DNA of 64,000 bases from Octopus sinensis (GCF_006345805.1 NC_043014.1:30876001-30940000), one strand, 5' to 3'; positions 12,399 to 27,229 are shown, numbered from the stretch's first letter. Notes: generated by a model from the sequence alone, not told the origin. Made by a program: numbers and translations.

Positions 12399-12826
12399 AT
12401 ATATATATATACCTGTTTGTTTATGTATTTATATATGTGCGTATATGTATGTATGTGTATATATATATATATTATCATCATCATTTAATGTCTGCTTTCC
12501 ATGCTGGTATGGGTTAGCCGGTTTGACTGAAAACTGGTAAGCCTGAGAGCTGCACCAGGTTCCAGTCTGATTTGGTGTGGTTTCTTTGGGTGGATGCCCT
12601 TCATAATGTGAACCATTCTGAGAGTGTAATGGGTGCTATTTACGTTCCACTGGTACAAGTGCCATTTACATGACACCAGCAATGGCCACAATTGCAATTA
12701 TGATTTAGCTATATGTATGTATATTTATATCTATAAATATATATGTATGTCTATGTATTTATGTATATATTTGGATATATGTGTATGTATGCATATATCT
12801 GTATTATATGTGTGTGTACTTACATG

Positions 12827-12866
<40 letters not shown>

Positions 12867-12967
12867 GTACTCCAACATGGCCACAGCCTTAGGGCTGAAT
12901 CATCTAAAAGAATACACTCACACACAAACACACACACACACATATATGTATGTACATACATAAATTT

Positions 12968-14474
12968 GTAGGTAATTATGCTGATAAACAAGTTAGATAC
13001 ATGAAATGTATTAAATGTAATAGTTTGGTTATGAAATACAAAATATGTCTATATGTGTACATGGAAACGAGAGAAAGTAAAAGGTTGAAACTTTGAGATC
13101 ATGAATTTTTAGGTGTATAGGTCCAACTTACAAAGTACAAATGACAGAGAAAATTAAAGAGGTGGAAGAAAGGTATTATAAGTCCAACAGCTGTTTCTGG
13201 GGACTCGGAGATCCATAATAATATTAGTAGATGTAATATTGAGATCTGAAATATAAGACTTTCTCTACCTTTCATGACAGAGATATGTCTTATCCAATGT
13301 TAAATGCATCCAGATTTGATCAATAAGTGTCTGGATTGTTGCCATAGTAACGAAGCTAAAGCACACAGACTGAAACTGCTTCTCAAAGATTGACCTTGGA
13401 CTCTGCTGTGCATGCACACTAAGTTTTAATGATCTAACCCACTTACGCTGTTTACAGCAGTTCTTGGAAGGAAGTTGTGTAGCATGTGATTGTCGCATTG
13501 ACCATGACATAGAAAGTTGTCATGGCAATACCTGCTCAGAGGCCTACGCCAAGTTGCAGAAAGTGTACGGAGAGGAGTGTATGAGTGGTTCAGACGTTTC
13601 TAAGATGGCTGCAAAAATGTCAATATTGACGAACGTTCTTGGAGACCCCAACCAGCAGAACTGAGAAAAACATTGCAGTTGTGTGTACAGCTGTGAGGGG
13701 AAACCATTGAATCATCATCCGTGAGCTATCAGAGGATGTGTAGATTAGTAAATGTTTCGGTTCAGTTCATTATCTCTGAAGATTTGGGCATGAGATGCAT
13801 ATCTGCCAAGTTTGTGCCAAATCTGCTTTCAGCTGGTGAAAAAAAACAAAAAACACTCAGGTTTCAGTTGCACAAGATCTCCTTGGTTGTGTTGAGAACT
13901 ATGAAAAATGTTTGACAATTTTGTGTAGGCTTCTGAGCAGGTATCGTCAAGCAGATTGGTGCAGATTCTCTGCTCAACTCTGTCATGGCCAATGTGATGA
14001 TCTCATGTTATACACCTTTCTTCAAAGCACTGCTGTAAACAGTGGAAGTGAGTTAGAAAATTAAAACCTGATGCACATACACAGCAGAGTTCATGGTCAA
14101 TCTGTGCCAAGTGGCTTCACTCTGCACACTTTAGCTTTGTTACTATGGCAGCAGTCCAGATACTTATTGATCAGATCATGTACAACTGCATATTGTAGTG
14201 AACTACATCTATGAATATTATTATGGATCTCAAAGACCCCAGAAACTGCTGTTGGACTTGCAACAGCTTTTTTCAACCCCTTTGATTTTTTATGTTGTTT
14301 GTATTCTATGTAAGTTGGACCTTTTAATATAAATATCTATATTTGAAAGTCTCCACCTTTAGCCTTCTCTCGTTTTGCATCTATACATATAGTCATATTT
14401 TGTATTTCATACCCAAACTATTATATTTAATATATTTAATGTATTTAGTTTGTTTATCCGCATAATTGCTTCTA
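12968..14474. mobile_element. Palindromic mariner-derived element with ~570-600 bp inverted arms
   Basis: 12968-13565 is inverted at 13908-14474. The centre encodes a decayed mariner HTH region (CSEAYAKLQKVYGEECMS...IISEDLGMRCISAKFVPNLL). Confidence 0.85.
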
Positions 14475-15973
14475 TACCTGCTGAACTTGATTCCTCTTAT
14501 AACCATTCTTTACCATGTGCACTCGAACCCCTGTAAAGACATCGGACTCTAAGTTTGAATCCTTTGAGCACTACTATGTACCTTCTATACGGAGAATGTA
14601 TGGATCTCATCTGTGGGCTACACACACACACATAAATGTATATATATGCATGTTGTATTATACTTGTTCAATAAAAATCATTTTCTTTGAAAACAGGTAA
14701 GTGTTATGAATAGGAATATTAAGGGACTGTAAATGCCCTACTTACATGTTACTAATAATGCTTTCCTATATGTAGAGTTACCCATATATTTTGGGAAGAG
14801 GATATTTGTCTTCGTCTTTGATATTTTGGAACTTGGTTTTATATTTCAAATACATGAAGAGTTTATGATACCTTTGATACCAGTTTTGGTTTGCTAACTG
14901 AACTTAATTATTTCTTGGGTAACAATTCTCATTGCTTTGATATATCAGAATAGCTGCTCTACTTCACAATAGGTCGGCTTTGATTGAATTGAGTTGAGAT
15001 GATTACATTTGTTCCAGCCTAGCCCTTGTCTTTTGTTCAGGCATGATATATAATCTTATACTACAATAACTGATGCATCCTTCCCTTCTAAGACTATAAG
15101 GTCTAGTTTTAGAGAGATTTAGCTGTAGCCTCTTGAATTTTGAGTAACTCTGTGGAGGTTCCTATTATTCAGCAAAGCATTAACCTGACTCTCTGTTAGT
15201 TATGTAACTCTAAGAAATACCACATTAATATGCTATATGTTCAATACCACTTGTATTGTTGTTTTGTTGTGCATCAGTGCGATAGATTGAAATACTTTGC
15301 TGCTGATCATTTGTGTGTGTATGTTTGTATGCTTATTTACATATGCACAAACAACTGTTATATGACACCAATATTGATAAAAAGTAAATTGTCCCGTTCA
15401 TTGGTTGCCATTGCTTCATACGGGTCGTATAATTTGACATTTTTCAGCATTTCTCTTTAAATTGTGGTTGGAAATGGGCAGCTAAACTAGATATTCCTGT
15501 TTGTATGTTTGGTTCTTTATTGTGTTTGTGCTGTTTTTAAGTGCATACGTTTAATTTTGTGTTCTGGAATTAGAGTAAAACTGTCCCTGCTCCCCACCCC
15601 CAGAGATAAGCAGAAAAAAAATGTGGAAAAAGAACTCCAGTATTTGAATGAAATTCTGTGAAATATATTGAAAGTCAGCTTATGTTGAGTGGTTGGTCTC
15701 ATGATACTTGCTACACTCTTCTTTGTTTTGTTGTGTTATATACTTACATATGAACATATATATAGGTTAATGTTTGTTTTTATATTTAGTCGTAATATAT
15801 AAAAAATTTTACATTAGTCTGAGAGGGTTACTCTATATTTTTGTAGTGTACAAGTTTGTTCTTATACAAGAATATTGTTGACAATGATTTTGAAGTTTTA
15901 GCCATATGACAATGGTTCAAATGGTCAAAACTTCAAAGTTACTTTTAACAGAGTCCGCAAAAAAAAAAATGTA

Positions 15974-16090
15974 TACACACTTCAGGAAAGGAAAAATCTG
16001 TATAGATATTTAACTTGTGTAAGTACCCCTATCATATTGTGATAGTGAATTAAAATATTTATACAGATTTTTCTTTTCCTGAAGTGTGTA
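15974..16090. repeat. 117-bp TA-bounded hairpin (small MITE-like element)
   Basis: ~40-nt arms tacacacttcaggaaaggaaaaatctgtata... and ...tatacagatttttcttttcctgaagtgtgta. Confidence 0.85.
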
Positions 16091-16605
16091 CTGAAAATCC
16101 TCGAGTATAATCCGCATTTTTTCCCCAAAATTTAAAGGTCAAAATCCCTAGTGCTTACTATATACGAGGTTAAAAATGAAAATTATTTTCTAAGCAATGT
16201 CCAAATCTCTATTTGCTGTCCGGCAATGTTTATTCAGACGCATTTTGTGATGTTGGGCGTGAAAATACCTTAAGCTAAGCCTGAAAGCAATGAAGTCATA
16301 AAAGAATCATCCATAACTTGCTGTAATCAAAATTTATTAAACGTTATTACTGTTATTTCTCTATTTTCTGCAAACAAAATGCACATAAAAGCTACACATT
16401 TGCATTATGTTATACATACAATAATAATAAAGGACGTTACTGTATACATTTTTTACAAACCAAGGACTTTATATAGGCCTCCTTGACTCAAGTTGGAGAA
16501 GGGGTGCGTATTATACACAAAGTTTAGGTTTTTCAGAGGTACAGCCCCCTAAAAATCCTCTGTATATTATACTCAAGGGCAGACTATACTCAAGGATTTA
16601 CAGTA
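16089..16605. mobile_element. pogo/Tigger-like non-autonomous element
   Basis: TA-flanked TIRs tactgaaaatcctcgagtata and tatactcaaggatttacagta. Confidence 0.7.
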
Positions 16606-18255
16606 TACTTTTTTTTTACAGACTTTGTGTGTGTGTCTGTGTATATAATGTACATATATACTTAAATACTGAGAGAAGAGTGCATATAATCCAAGAGTGT
16701 ATATGTGTGTGTATATTCTTGTGTGTCCCCATGCATTTGTATGTCCTCTTGCTTTGACATGTAATACTTGTAAATAAGCATCATGATCATTGAAGGTATT
16801 GTTTGTTTTCAATCTTCTATGAAGCCTGTCTACTCAAGGGGAAATATTACCTTGCTTGGAAATGAGGGGTTGGCAATAGGAAGGGCACACAGCCATAGAA
16901 AATCTGTCTTACCCATACAAGCATAGAAAAGTGGACCTTGAAATAAAAATAATCTACCTATGTGTTTATTTATATATATTTCTGTGTATGTGTGTACATA
17001 ATTTATGTACATGTGTGTAATTCTTCACATATGCATGTAAAGCGGCATGCTGTCAGAAACATTTATCCATGTTCAGAATTGTTGATGTGTGAAATAAACA
17101 ACCCTCACCTGTTGTTAGCCGTCAGGACACTGCATCCTTCAAAAATTCAATGCTTCCCAAAATTCGATAACATTACTCCTGACATGCTTACACATTATTT
17201 CCTCTTCGTGGCTCTTTTACTGTTTACTTATCTTTCTTTTTTGTTGTACTGTGCCTGAATTTTTGACTCTTGTTGCTGTTTTTCTTTATTTGACTTATTA
17301 CTACTTTTTGTCCTTCATTCCTATTCTTTTTTCCAACTGATTGTTGTGTACCTGATTACTGCATACCACGAGCTCATTATTATGAAGGTGGTGAGCTGGC
17401 AGACTCGTTAGTGCGCTATTTCACCTGTCACTATGTCCTGAGTTCAAATTCCACCAAGGTTGACTTTGCCTTTCAGCCTTCTGGGGTTAGTAAAATAAGT
17501 ACCAGTTGAACACTGAAATCGATGTAATTGACTCATCCCCCTTACCCAAAATTGCTGCCCTTGTGACAAAATTTGAAACTATTATTATTATTGTCAGAAG
17601 GTGCAGGCATAACTGTGTAGTTAAAAAATGTGCTTTCCAACCACATGGATGTAGGTTCAGCCCTATTGTACATCACTTTGGGAAAGTGTCTTCCACTATA
17701 GTCCTGGGTTGACCAAGGCAGATTTGGTTGATGGAAACTGAAAGAAGCCCATCTTGTGTGTGTTTGTGTCTCTTTGTCTTAATGTGTGATAGTTGTGACT
17801 ATTGCTGTCATAATGTGGTATCATCTGTTTCCATTGTTCTGTGCAAACATGTCTGGTGAAAGGGAAATATTACCTTACATGAAAGCAGACAAGGTTTTTG
17901 GTGACAGGAAGGGCATGCAGCAGTAGAAAACCTACTTCAGTGAATTCCATCTGACCCATGTAAATATAAAAAAGTGTATGATGTGTGTATGTGTGTGTGA
18001 TCCTTTCAACATTCACTTTTCTATGTTTGCAAGGATAAGATGGATTTCATTGAGGCAGAATGTTTGCAGGTAGACACCCTTTCTGTTGCCAAGCCCCACT
18101 TATTTCCAATTAAGATAATATTCCTCATAATCAAGCACTTTTTCATGGAACATTGGAAATGAACAACATCGCTTGTAAGACACTGATGATTGTTTACAAC
18201 AATTGTGTATTGTCAAGACTAGGGAACACACACATTTGTATGTGTATATCTACCT

Positions 18256-18319
<64 letters not shown>

Positions 18320-18476
18320 GTAGAAATTATATGTACAAGTAGATGTACTTGATATAATAAAGTATTTCCTGAGGTTCTGTTAGAATGAGTATCTATTGTG
18401 GGCTCCAAACAACCATAATAGTGCAACATGTAGAAACTTCGATATAAACTGTGTTTATCCTTATTTCTCTTATATA

Positions 18477-18529
<53 letters not shown>

Positions 18530-19140
18530 ATGCTTGTACCATGTAAAAAGCACTAAGTCTACTCTGCTGAGTGGTTGGTGTTAGGAAGGGCATCCAGCTG
18601 TAAAAATTCTGCCAAAATAGTTATGGAAGTCTGGTGCAGGCTTCTACTTGGCTGGTTCCTGTCAAACTATCCCACCCATACCAGCATGGAAGGCCGACTT
18701 TAAGCAATGATGATGATGATGTGATGTTTTCTATTGTTTCAGTTTCTGTCTATCAAATCCACTTACAAGGTGTTGGTCTTCTCAGAACTATTGTAGAGGA
18801 CAGACACTTGCCCAAGGTACCTCACAGGAGGACCAAACCAGAAACTTTTCAGCCATACCTATCATAGTGATGCTAAACCTATCATATATAGGATCATGTA
18901 CATGTATATATATGCATTACTGATGTAAATTGTAACCATAACTCTCAACTTTCCATTTCATATTTATTCCAATAGGATTTGGCGTCAAGAAATGTTCACC
19001 TATTCTTACTCATATATTAAACCTTTAATGGTCACATTTTTTGATGAAGTAAAATGCTCATGTGCTTGATTCACTTTTGAAAATAATCAAGAATTTAAAG
19101 CAATTTAAGAAAATATCCAATTTTTTTATGAATGTTCACG

Positions 19141-19320
19141 TTAATCCTTTTCATATCAACCCACCCAAAACTGCCTCTGGTTCTTTGATACAAACTTTGT
19201 TTTAAACTGATCAAAATTAAAACCTCTGTAATAGTGATGAACTTATTTTAACAAATTCTTTGTCATTTTCAAAATGATTTGAAACAAAAGCAAACAGAAA
19301 TAAAGTAACAAATGGGTTAA
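19141..19320. mobile_element. piggyBac-type MITE (second family)
   Basis: Starts ttaatcctttt and ends aaatgggttaa. Confidence 0.5.
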
Positions 19321-19334
19321 GCTAACGTTTGGAA

Positions 19335-19521
19335 AGGTGTTTCTCAACTGGGGTCCGACTCTTGGTGGTCTCGTAAGACTTTTTAAAAATTTGTGCAATA
19401 AACTGGTTATACTTCTGTAATACTCAAAATATTTTAAACATTGAAATGGCTATGTGAGTCCAACCAAGCAAAATAGGAGTCAAAAGGGGTCCATAGGTAA
19501 AGACAATGTTGAGAACCACTG
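19335..19521. mobile_element. hAT (Charlie-like) MITE
   Basis: TIRs aggtgtttctcaac and gttgagaaccactg, with a degenerate 8-bp TSD (gtttggaa / gcttagaa). Confidence 0.7.
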
Positions 19522-21854
19522 GCTTAGAACTGAATCTTAATGGAAACATTTTTGCTTGTATGTTATTAGATCAGGTTTTTCATTTTATGTGAAGTGTAAA
19601 GCGGACAATTTTTGCAGTATACAACTAGATGCAGTCTCGGATTGATTTGTATCAAAGGAGTTAAATAATCAAAAGTCTATCTACATACACTGCCTATGTG
19701 TATAGGTGGTGTATACACACATATATTTTTGTTTAGCTAATGTTATCTATCTCAGTTGCTAACATGATGAGATGGTAGTAGAAGTGAGAATGAGAAACTT
19801 TGTTAGTTACCAAAAATTTTCAGTGAAAAATGTCAAACTGAACCAATATCCAATTTATTATCATCTAATCAATATTAAGGTGCATTCTCTGTTTTGACAG
19901 TTGGTCTCACCACCACTTTTTCTTACACTTGTTTCCCCCTCGCCCGCTTTCCTTTCCTTCCATTTACATTTTAATTTCTTCAATTTCTTCTGCCTTTTTT
20001 CCTTCTTTTTCGTTTTCCGTTTTCATTTCATTCCCATTTCTTCTCTTTACGCTTTCCTTTATTTCTTTCATTCCTTCTTTCTTCAGTTCTTTCTGTTTTC
20101 ATTTTACTTTCTTTGTCTATTTCTCTTTTGCTCCTCCTTCACTTTCCTAAAACATTGTCTAGTGTTCTTGACCTTTCTAAAACATAGTTAATGAAACGAA
20201 ACTAGTATCAAGAACAGGAGGTCATGGAGGGAGCAACTTCATAGACAAGATAAATAATTAAGAAAAATACCTGACAAGAACAATAAAAATGCAATATATT
20301 TGTGTAACTTTCTAATGTCAATTGAGAAATAACCTGCTGTATGTATTAATACTTTTGTGTGAAATTTTGGTAAAGTGGATAATGATACCAATCGATCGAC
20401 TTATTGATTTATTTCAAATTTGACCGGTTGTCGAATGTTCAGGTTGTGTCCCTGTCTTCATCATCACTGTATATTATGTAGATTTAGTGGAAGAATGTTC
20501 TACAAAACAGTATATGTTGTTTCTTTAGATGATGAATTAGTGAAGTTGAATATGAGAGAGAGAAAAAAGATGGAAGATGTCTTAAACATGTACATTAACA
20601 CATCTACCTATCTAGTAAATTCAGTGTATTTTTATTATCCCATCCTTTCCCCCGAACTTATACAGACAGATAGATAAATATTTTATTAGATTTTTTTTTT
20701 TTCAAAGATATTCTACTTTTAGCTGGGAGTTTAGCTTCATTTACTGTCAGTTTGATAATGGAGGAGGAAATTAGAAACTTAGTTGGTTATTTTGATACCA
20801 GCCCACCCAGGATCAGCTCTGGTTGTGAGATAGGAAAATATCTTGTTTTGAATTGTTTATATTTAAATAGAAAACAAAATTATAATTTCATGGTAGATAC
20901 CTTCTGTTAAGATTTGCTTAATATCGACAAAATTGCTGTAAATTGTTATTTTTGGAATTTAGTTGGAATGCTTACACAGAAAATTTCATTACAAAATCTT
21001 GTCAGAAGAAGGTTAAATTTCGGTGGAAAATGTTTTCAATTTCAAACTTTTATATTATTCAGTTTTATCATTGTGACAATGTATTCCATGAGAATTAAGA
21101 TGTTTGATATAAAATGCTGTCTGATGTTGTTGTATAACTATATAATTGATTGTAATTTTAAAAAATACAAAAAGCAGAACAAACACACCAAACAGTCCCA
21201 AAATGCTAGTTAAAAGTGAATTGTAAATGAGTTGAAATTCACACACAAACACACACATTTTTGAAGACAGGTATGGAAACAAATGTTTTTTTCTATTTTT
21301 TTTCTTTGTATTCTGGTTACTAAAAAAATATACTACATAAAGATAAGCATATTTTATTTAAACTGTGGTATTATTAATAAAATACTTCATTTGTATCTCA
21401 TTCATTATGCTATTCTCCCCACTCTTCCAATCAGCTCTCTATCTGTTTCCTTTTGCCATTTTAAGTGATTTTTGAATTGTTGATGACAATTCTCTATTAT
21501 GGGAAATTCTTTGATTTGCACTTTCATTTTATATCTGGCAACCTTTTGAATTAGAAAAGTGAGAAAAATGTGGGGAAAAAATGTAATAGAAATCTTTTAG
21601 GGGTTTTAAAAGGTAAATTATTTTTAGCTATAGCCTATTTTCATTTCAATTTCAAATTTACAATAAAACTTTGTATATGTTTCATTAAAAACATTGTAAT
21701 AAAAGAACACCCTTTCCTACACTGACTATTTGAATGGAATAGGGAAGCTTCCTGTATGGTTAGGTATACAACCACACACAGCAAACATAAGGTATAACTG
21801 TTAATAAGGTTATTTCTATGTATGTATCTTTAAGGGATTTCAGTGTGTGTGGTT

Positions 21855-22245
21855 ATCTTTTACTTGTTTCAGTGATTAGCCTGTGGCGATGCTGGGGCAC
21901 TGCCTTGAAGAACCTTTAGTCAAATGAATCAACCCTAGTACGTTTTTTTTTAAAGCTTGGTACTTATTCTATTGATTGCTTTTGCTAAACTGCTAAGTTA
22001 CAAAGACATAAACACATGGTGATGTGGGACAGATGCGCACGCGCGTGCGCACATACACACACTCACACACACACATGACAAGCTTTTTTCAATTTCCATC
22101 TACCAAATCTCCCCCACATAGTTTTGGTCAGCCCAAATCTATAGTAGAAGACACTTGCCCAAGGTACCACACAGTGGGACTGAACCCTGAACCGTGTGGT
22201 TGGGAAGCAAGCTTCTTACCACACAGCTGCACCTATTCCTTATGT
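21855..22245 (-). mobile_element. tRNA-headed SINE (same family as 50403-50802)
   Basis: Reverse-complement homology to 50403-50802. Confidence 0.8.
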
Positions 22246-22319
22246 GTATGCATGCACATAATATACATAGTCTGTACAAGATGTGTCAGAAAAGAAAAGC
22301 TGAAATTTAAAAAAAAATA

Positions 22320-22585
22320 CTTAGCATAAGAGGAATCAAAGGTAGTATGCAAGAGAGAAGACTACACTGATATGGACATGTAATAGAGGATGCTAGCTGG
22401 GTAAGGACACACCAAACAGGTGGAAGGAAACTGTGGAAGATAAAAACTGAGGAAAAAGTAATGAAAGCTGATGTCAGGAGACAAAACTTCATGAAGGTGA
22501 TGTCAGTGAACTGTTTACGAGTGGTGAGATGCTATGATGAAGCAGACTCATACAACCCATGTAAGCATGAAGATACAGAAGTAAA
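22320..22585 (+). mobile_element. RTE LINE ORF2 C-terminal remnant
   Basis: MQERRLH*YGHV...VEGNCGR-like translation. Confidence 0.7.
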
Positions 22586-23110
22586 AAGAACTTTAAAAAT
22601 TATCACACACACACCTGTTTATAACTACTGACATTCATCATTATTTACAAAGCAATATTAAATTCTGTAGCTAAGTGATTGTATGCAAGTGTATGTGTGC
22701 AATGTGTTTAAATTAGCTGCTTTTTACATTTATATATATATTTCTTTTATTATTTTTTATGTCTGACAAGTAATCTTTACTAAAAACACTCCCCAATATA
22801 CCAGTCATTATTTCTTTTTTGATTAAAGAATGTAATTATTATTTATCATGTAATGCAGCTCTTTTATATATGTGTGTGTAAAAGTCTATAATTTGGTAAT
22901 ACTAATAATAATCCTTTTTACTATAGGCACAAGACCTATAATTTTGGTGGGAGAGGACTAGTCACTTACATTGACCTAGTAATAATAATAATAATGATGA
23001 TGATGATAATAATAGTAATAATAAAAATAATAATAATTTCAGACATTTGTAGAAGGTAACAAATTAAACGTTGGAGTGAATTCACTTGACATACACACAC
23101 ACACACACAC

Positions 23111-23142
<32 letters not shown>

Positions 23143-24433
23143 GTCTTCCATTTCACACTGTACTGGGTTGTCCTTGGTGAGTTCGACTAGTATATAAATT
23201 TTTCTGAGAAACTCTTTCTTGCCCCACATTCAATCTTCATTTTTGGAGAAAGGGACTTTGTGAGTGGTCTCCTGTAGTTGCTCTCATGGCACAATATAGC
23301 AAATTCACTGAGAGAGTGAGAGAAAGAGAGATCAACCTCTTTACTATTGACTTTGAAGGGATGGAAGGCAAATTTGACCATGCCAGGATTTGAACTCAGT
23401 GGGTAGAGCCAGAACCAAAACTTTCAGGCATTCTACCCGACACTGGAACAACTCACCTACCAATTTGCTTAAATATACAAAAAAAAAAACAAACAAACAC
23501 ACACACACACACACACACACAGGGTGGGCCAAAAGTCAAGCACAAAATAAGTTCAGTACGCTCTGGAATTGTCAAAAACATGCTTCAATTTTTCTAAAAT
23601 TGAATAAAATAAATAAAATTATGAGGAATACACACATACTTGTACTTGATGAACAAACTGAATAATAATAATAACAATAATAATTCTTTCTACTATTGGC
23701 ACAAGGCCTGATATTCTGGGGGAGGGTTAAGTTGATTACATCAACCTTAGTGCTATACTGGTACTTATTTCATTGAACCTGAAAGGATGAAAGGTAAAGT
23801 TGTCCAGAATTTGAACTCAGTGTGTAGTGATGGGTGAAATACCACTAAGCTTTTTGCCCAGCATGCTAACAATTCTGCCATCCTGCTGTCATGATGATGA
23901 TGATAATGTAATATAAATTAAATGTCAAATGCTTTGATTCATGGCTTTTGGCCCACCCTCTGTGTATGTATGTAAATGTATATATATATATATATATATA
24001 TGTAAAAGTAAAAAAAATATACAAACTGGGACAAGAACGTGAAACATTTAGAAGACGACACAAAAAACACGGACGGGACATTCAAAGCCCTCAATCATCA
24101 GTCAAGAACCGGATCATCTTCGCAATTTCAGCTGATTAATCTTGATTATCTATATATATATATAGATATATGCAACAGATTTTCTCATTTTGAATTGCAT
24201 CTAACGCTCAAAATTTGAAAAGCCTTAGTGAAATCAGTTATTATGTTAGAGGGCAAAAATCTTATTTTGTGTAATATTGTATAATACTTTTGCTATGATA
24301 ATTCTAATATATTCTTTAGCCTAGTAAAACAAATCTGTGTTTTTTTCATCTTATTTCTTTGTATATATATATAAAATTTGCCTATATACTTGAGAGGAGT
24401 GAGAGGTTTGGTGAAAGAACCCCCCACAAAGGA

Positions 24434-25070
<637 letters not shown>

Positions 25071-27229
25071 CAGTTATTTATTGAATATTTATTCCTTGTG
25101 AGAACAAAAAGCAAAATCAACCCTGATAGGATTTGAAACCAAATCATAAAAAGATATAACTTAATACGGCAAAATATTTAATACATATGATTAAGAATAA
25201 AATACTTGCTTTTCTGCCAGAGAAATTCCTACCCTGCTTACCTGCGAATCAAAATTACATATAAAATCTGATGGTATTGTACAAAATTTATTTCTTACCA
25301 AAGAAATGGAGGAGGAGTAAGCTTATGAAACTGGAAGGAAAATTTACTATTTTGTCTCCCCCTCCCCATTGTTGATCTCAATTTTCTGAATTTTTTGACT
25401 ACTACTACTACTACTCACTTAAAAAAAAAAATTGTAATTTTAGTATCTGACTTCATGGTTTATTCTATTTTATTTATTTTCTTTAAAAGAAATGGATTTG
25501 AAGAAAGAATATTTTAATTTTTTTGTTTGAAATGGGTAGGAGAATGGGAGAATGCTGTGTTTTTAAAAATAATTGCAATGTCGAAGAGAAATAACAATAA
25601 TATTTATAATAATGGTAATAATTAGTTAGTGAAGTGTTGAATAATAATCACAGTGATTTTTAAAGCTACTGCTGAGATAATTTCAATAAATTTATGTAGC
25701 TATTCAAACTGCTGGCTTGAGAGAGAGGTGATGCTGGTGCAGACAAGAGAGAAGTGAATCTTGTATTTCAGGGTATTTTATTTGAGAGCTTGTATTATTT
25801 CGCAAGTTCAAATTCTGCGTAGGTTGACTTCGTTTTTTTTTTTTTTTTTATTATTGATATAGGATTAATTATAAAGATAACTATTACTTTCGAAAGATTG
25901 AATTAAATGACTATGATTTTTCTAAAGTAGAAACAATATTATTATTATTGTTGTTATTATTAAGGTAGTGAGCTGGCAGCATCGTTAGCACATTGAATGA
26001 AATGCTTAGCAACATTTCTCCCAGCTCTTTATATTCTGAGTTCAAATTCCACTGAAGTTACCTTGCTTTTCATCATTTCACAGTTGATAGTATACGTACA
26101 AGTTGAGCAATGGGATTGATGTAATCAACTAACCCCCTTCCCTCAAAATCTCTGGCTTTGAGCCTATAATAGAAAGTATTATTATTATTTTTAAGGTGAT
26201 AAGTGGGTAGAAACATTAGTATTCTGAAGAGAATGCTTTGTGGAATATTTTCTGGCTTAATGTTCTGTGTTCAAATGCTACCAGTTGAGCACCAGGCTTG
26301 ATGTTAACAACTAACCTCCCCTCTCACACCACCACCACCACTAAAAAAAAAAATTGCTAGCCTTGTGTCAAAATTAGAAACCATGATTATTATAATTATC
26401 TTTATTATTTGTCTTTTCATACTTACATGGTCAGTAGAACAAGTATTGGGAAGGCAGGGAAGCATCAAGTTTGACTTTACTCTTTCCCACTAAAATTTGT
26501 CATTATTATATATCCCCAGGTCAGCACTGATAGAGCAGAGCTATGATCAAAGACATCCCTACCATGACCTTTACAGTTTCATTTCAAATATTGTATCTCC
26601 CTTTATTTTTGCTAAGAATATGATAGTGTTTTTTTTTTTTTGCATGCGTCTGTTTTTTTTTTATAGAAAGATTTGACTGCTATTTCTAGCACTTTGTGTG
26701 ACCACATAGATGCCATTTACTAGCTAAAAACAAGATTCTCGTTTTTGGTATCAGTTGGATGGATCTGCAATATAACAGCTTCCAATGCATTGAAATTCTG
26801 CGTCATCACTCTGGCATGGCCTACCTCTTTACAAAAGCTGGTGTTGTGCTGAGTTGAAGCAAAATCATTATTCAAGATGGTTGCCTACTAGACCTGATGT
26901 CATGATTATTAGCTCCCACACTTCCTAGTATATATAATATATATAAAGCCAAGTTTCAACTGGCTAGCTAGGTAGGTAGCTAAAACTGACTAACCGATCA
27001 AAATTTCTCTGCTAATATGGCCATTAGCTATGTTTTATATAGATTAATTTTAGTTGTATTGATTTTCATTTTTTTCCTTATTTTGTTCATAAAAACCTCA
27101 AATTATGTATTAGACCTCATTTGACTAACAAGTCTGGCTTTGGATAAACAAATCCCTGCTGCAGATTTTACAAACATTTTCAGACAGAAAAGTATCTGAG
27201 ATTGAAATTAAGACCTGTTTATGAAGTGC

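Noticed and set aside
14775-14898. Minus-strand frame LANQNWYQRYHKLFMYLKYKTKFQNIKDEDKYPLPKIYG with a gtaac donor
   Set aside because: No polypyrimidine tract and no recognised homology. Compatible with chance in AT-rich DNA.
18950-19020. Acceptor followed by DLASRNV, resembling a tyrosine-kinase catalytic loop
   Set aside because: In-frame stop eight codons later, no donor, and no other kinase exons seen.
20415-20430. AAATTTGACCGG (KFDR) as a possible POLR2H upstream exon end
   Set aside because: Upstream codons do not match FEDIF/DIDPEGK and there is no suitable donor.
24075-24125. CUGAUGA on the minus strand in a short repeat
   Set aside because: No convincing stem II or GAAA, so it does not fold as a hammerhead.
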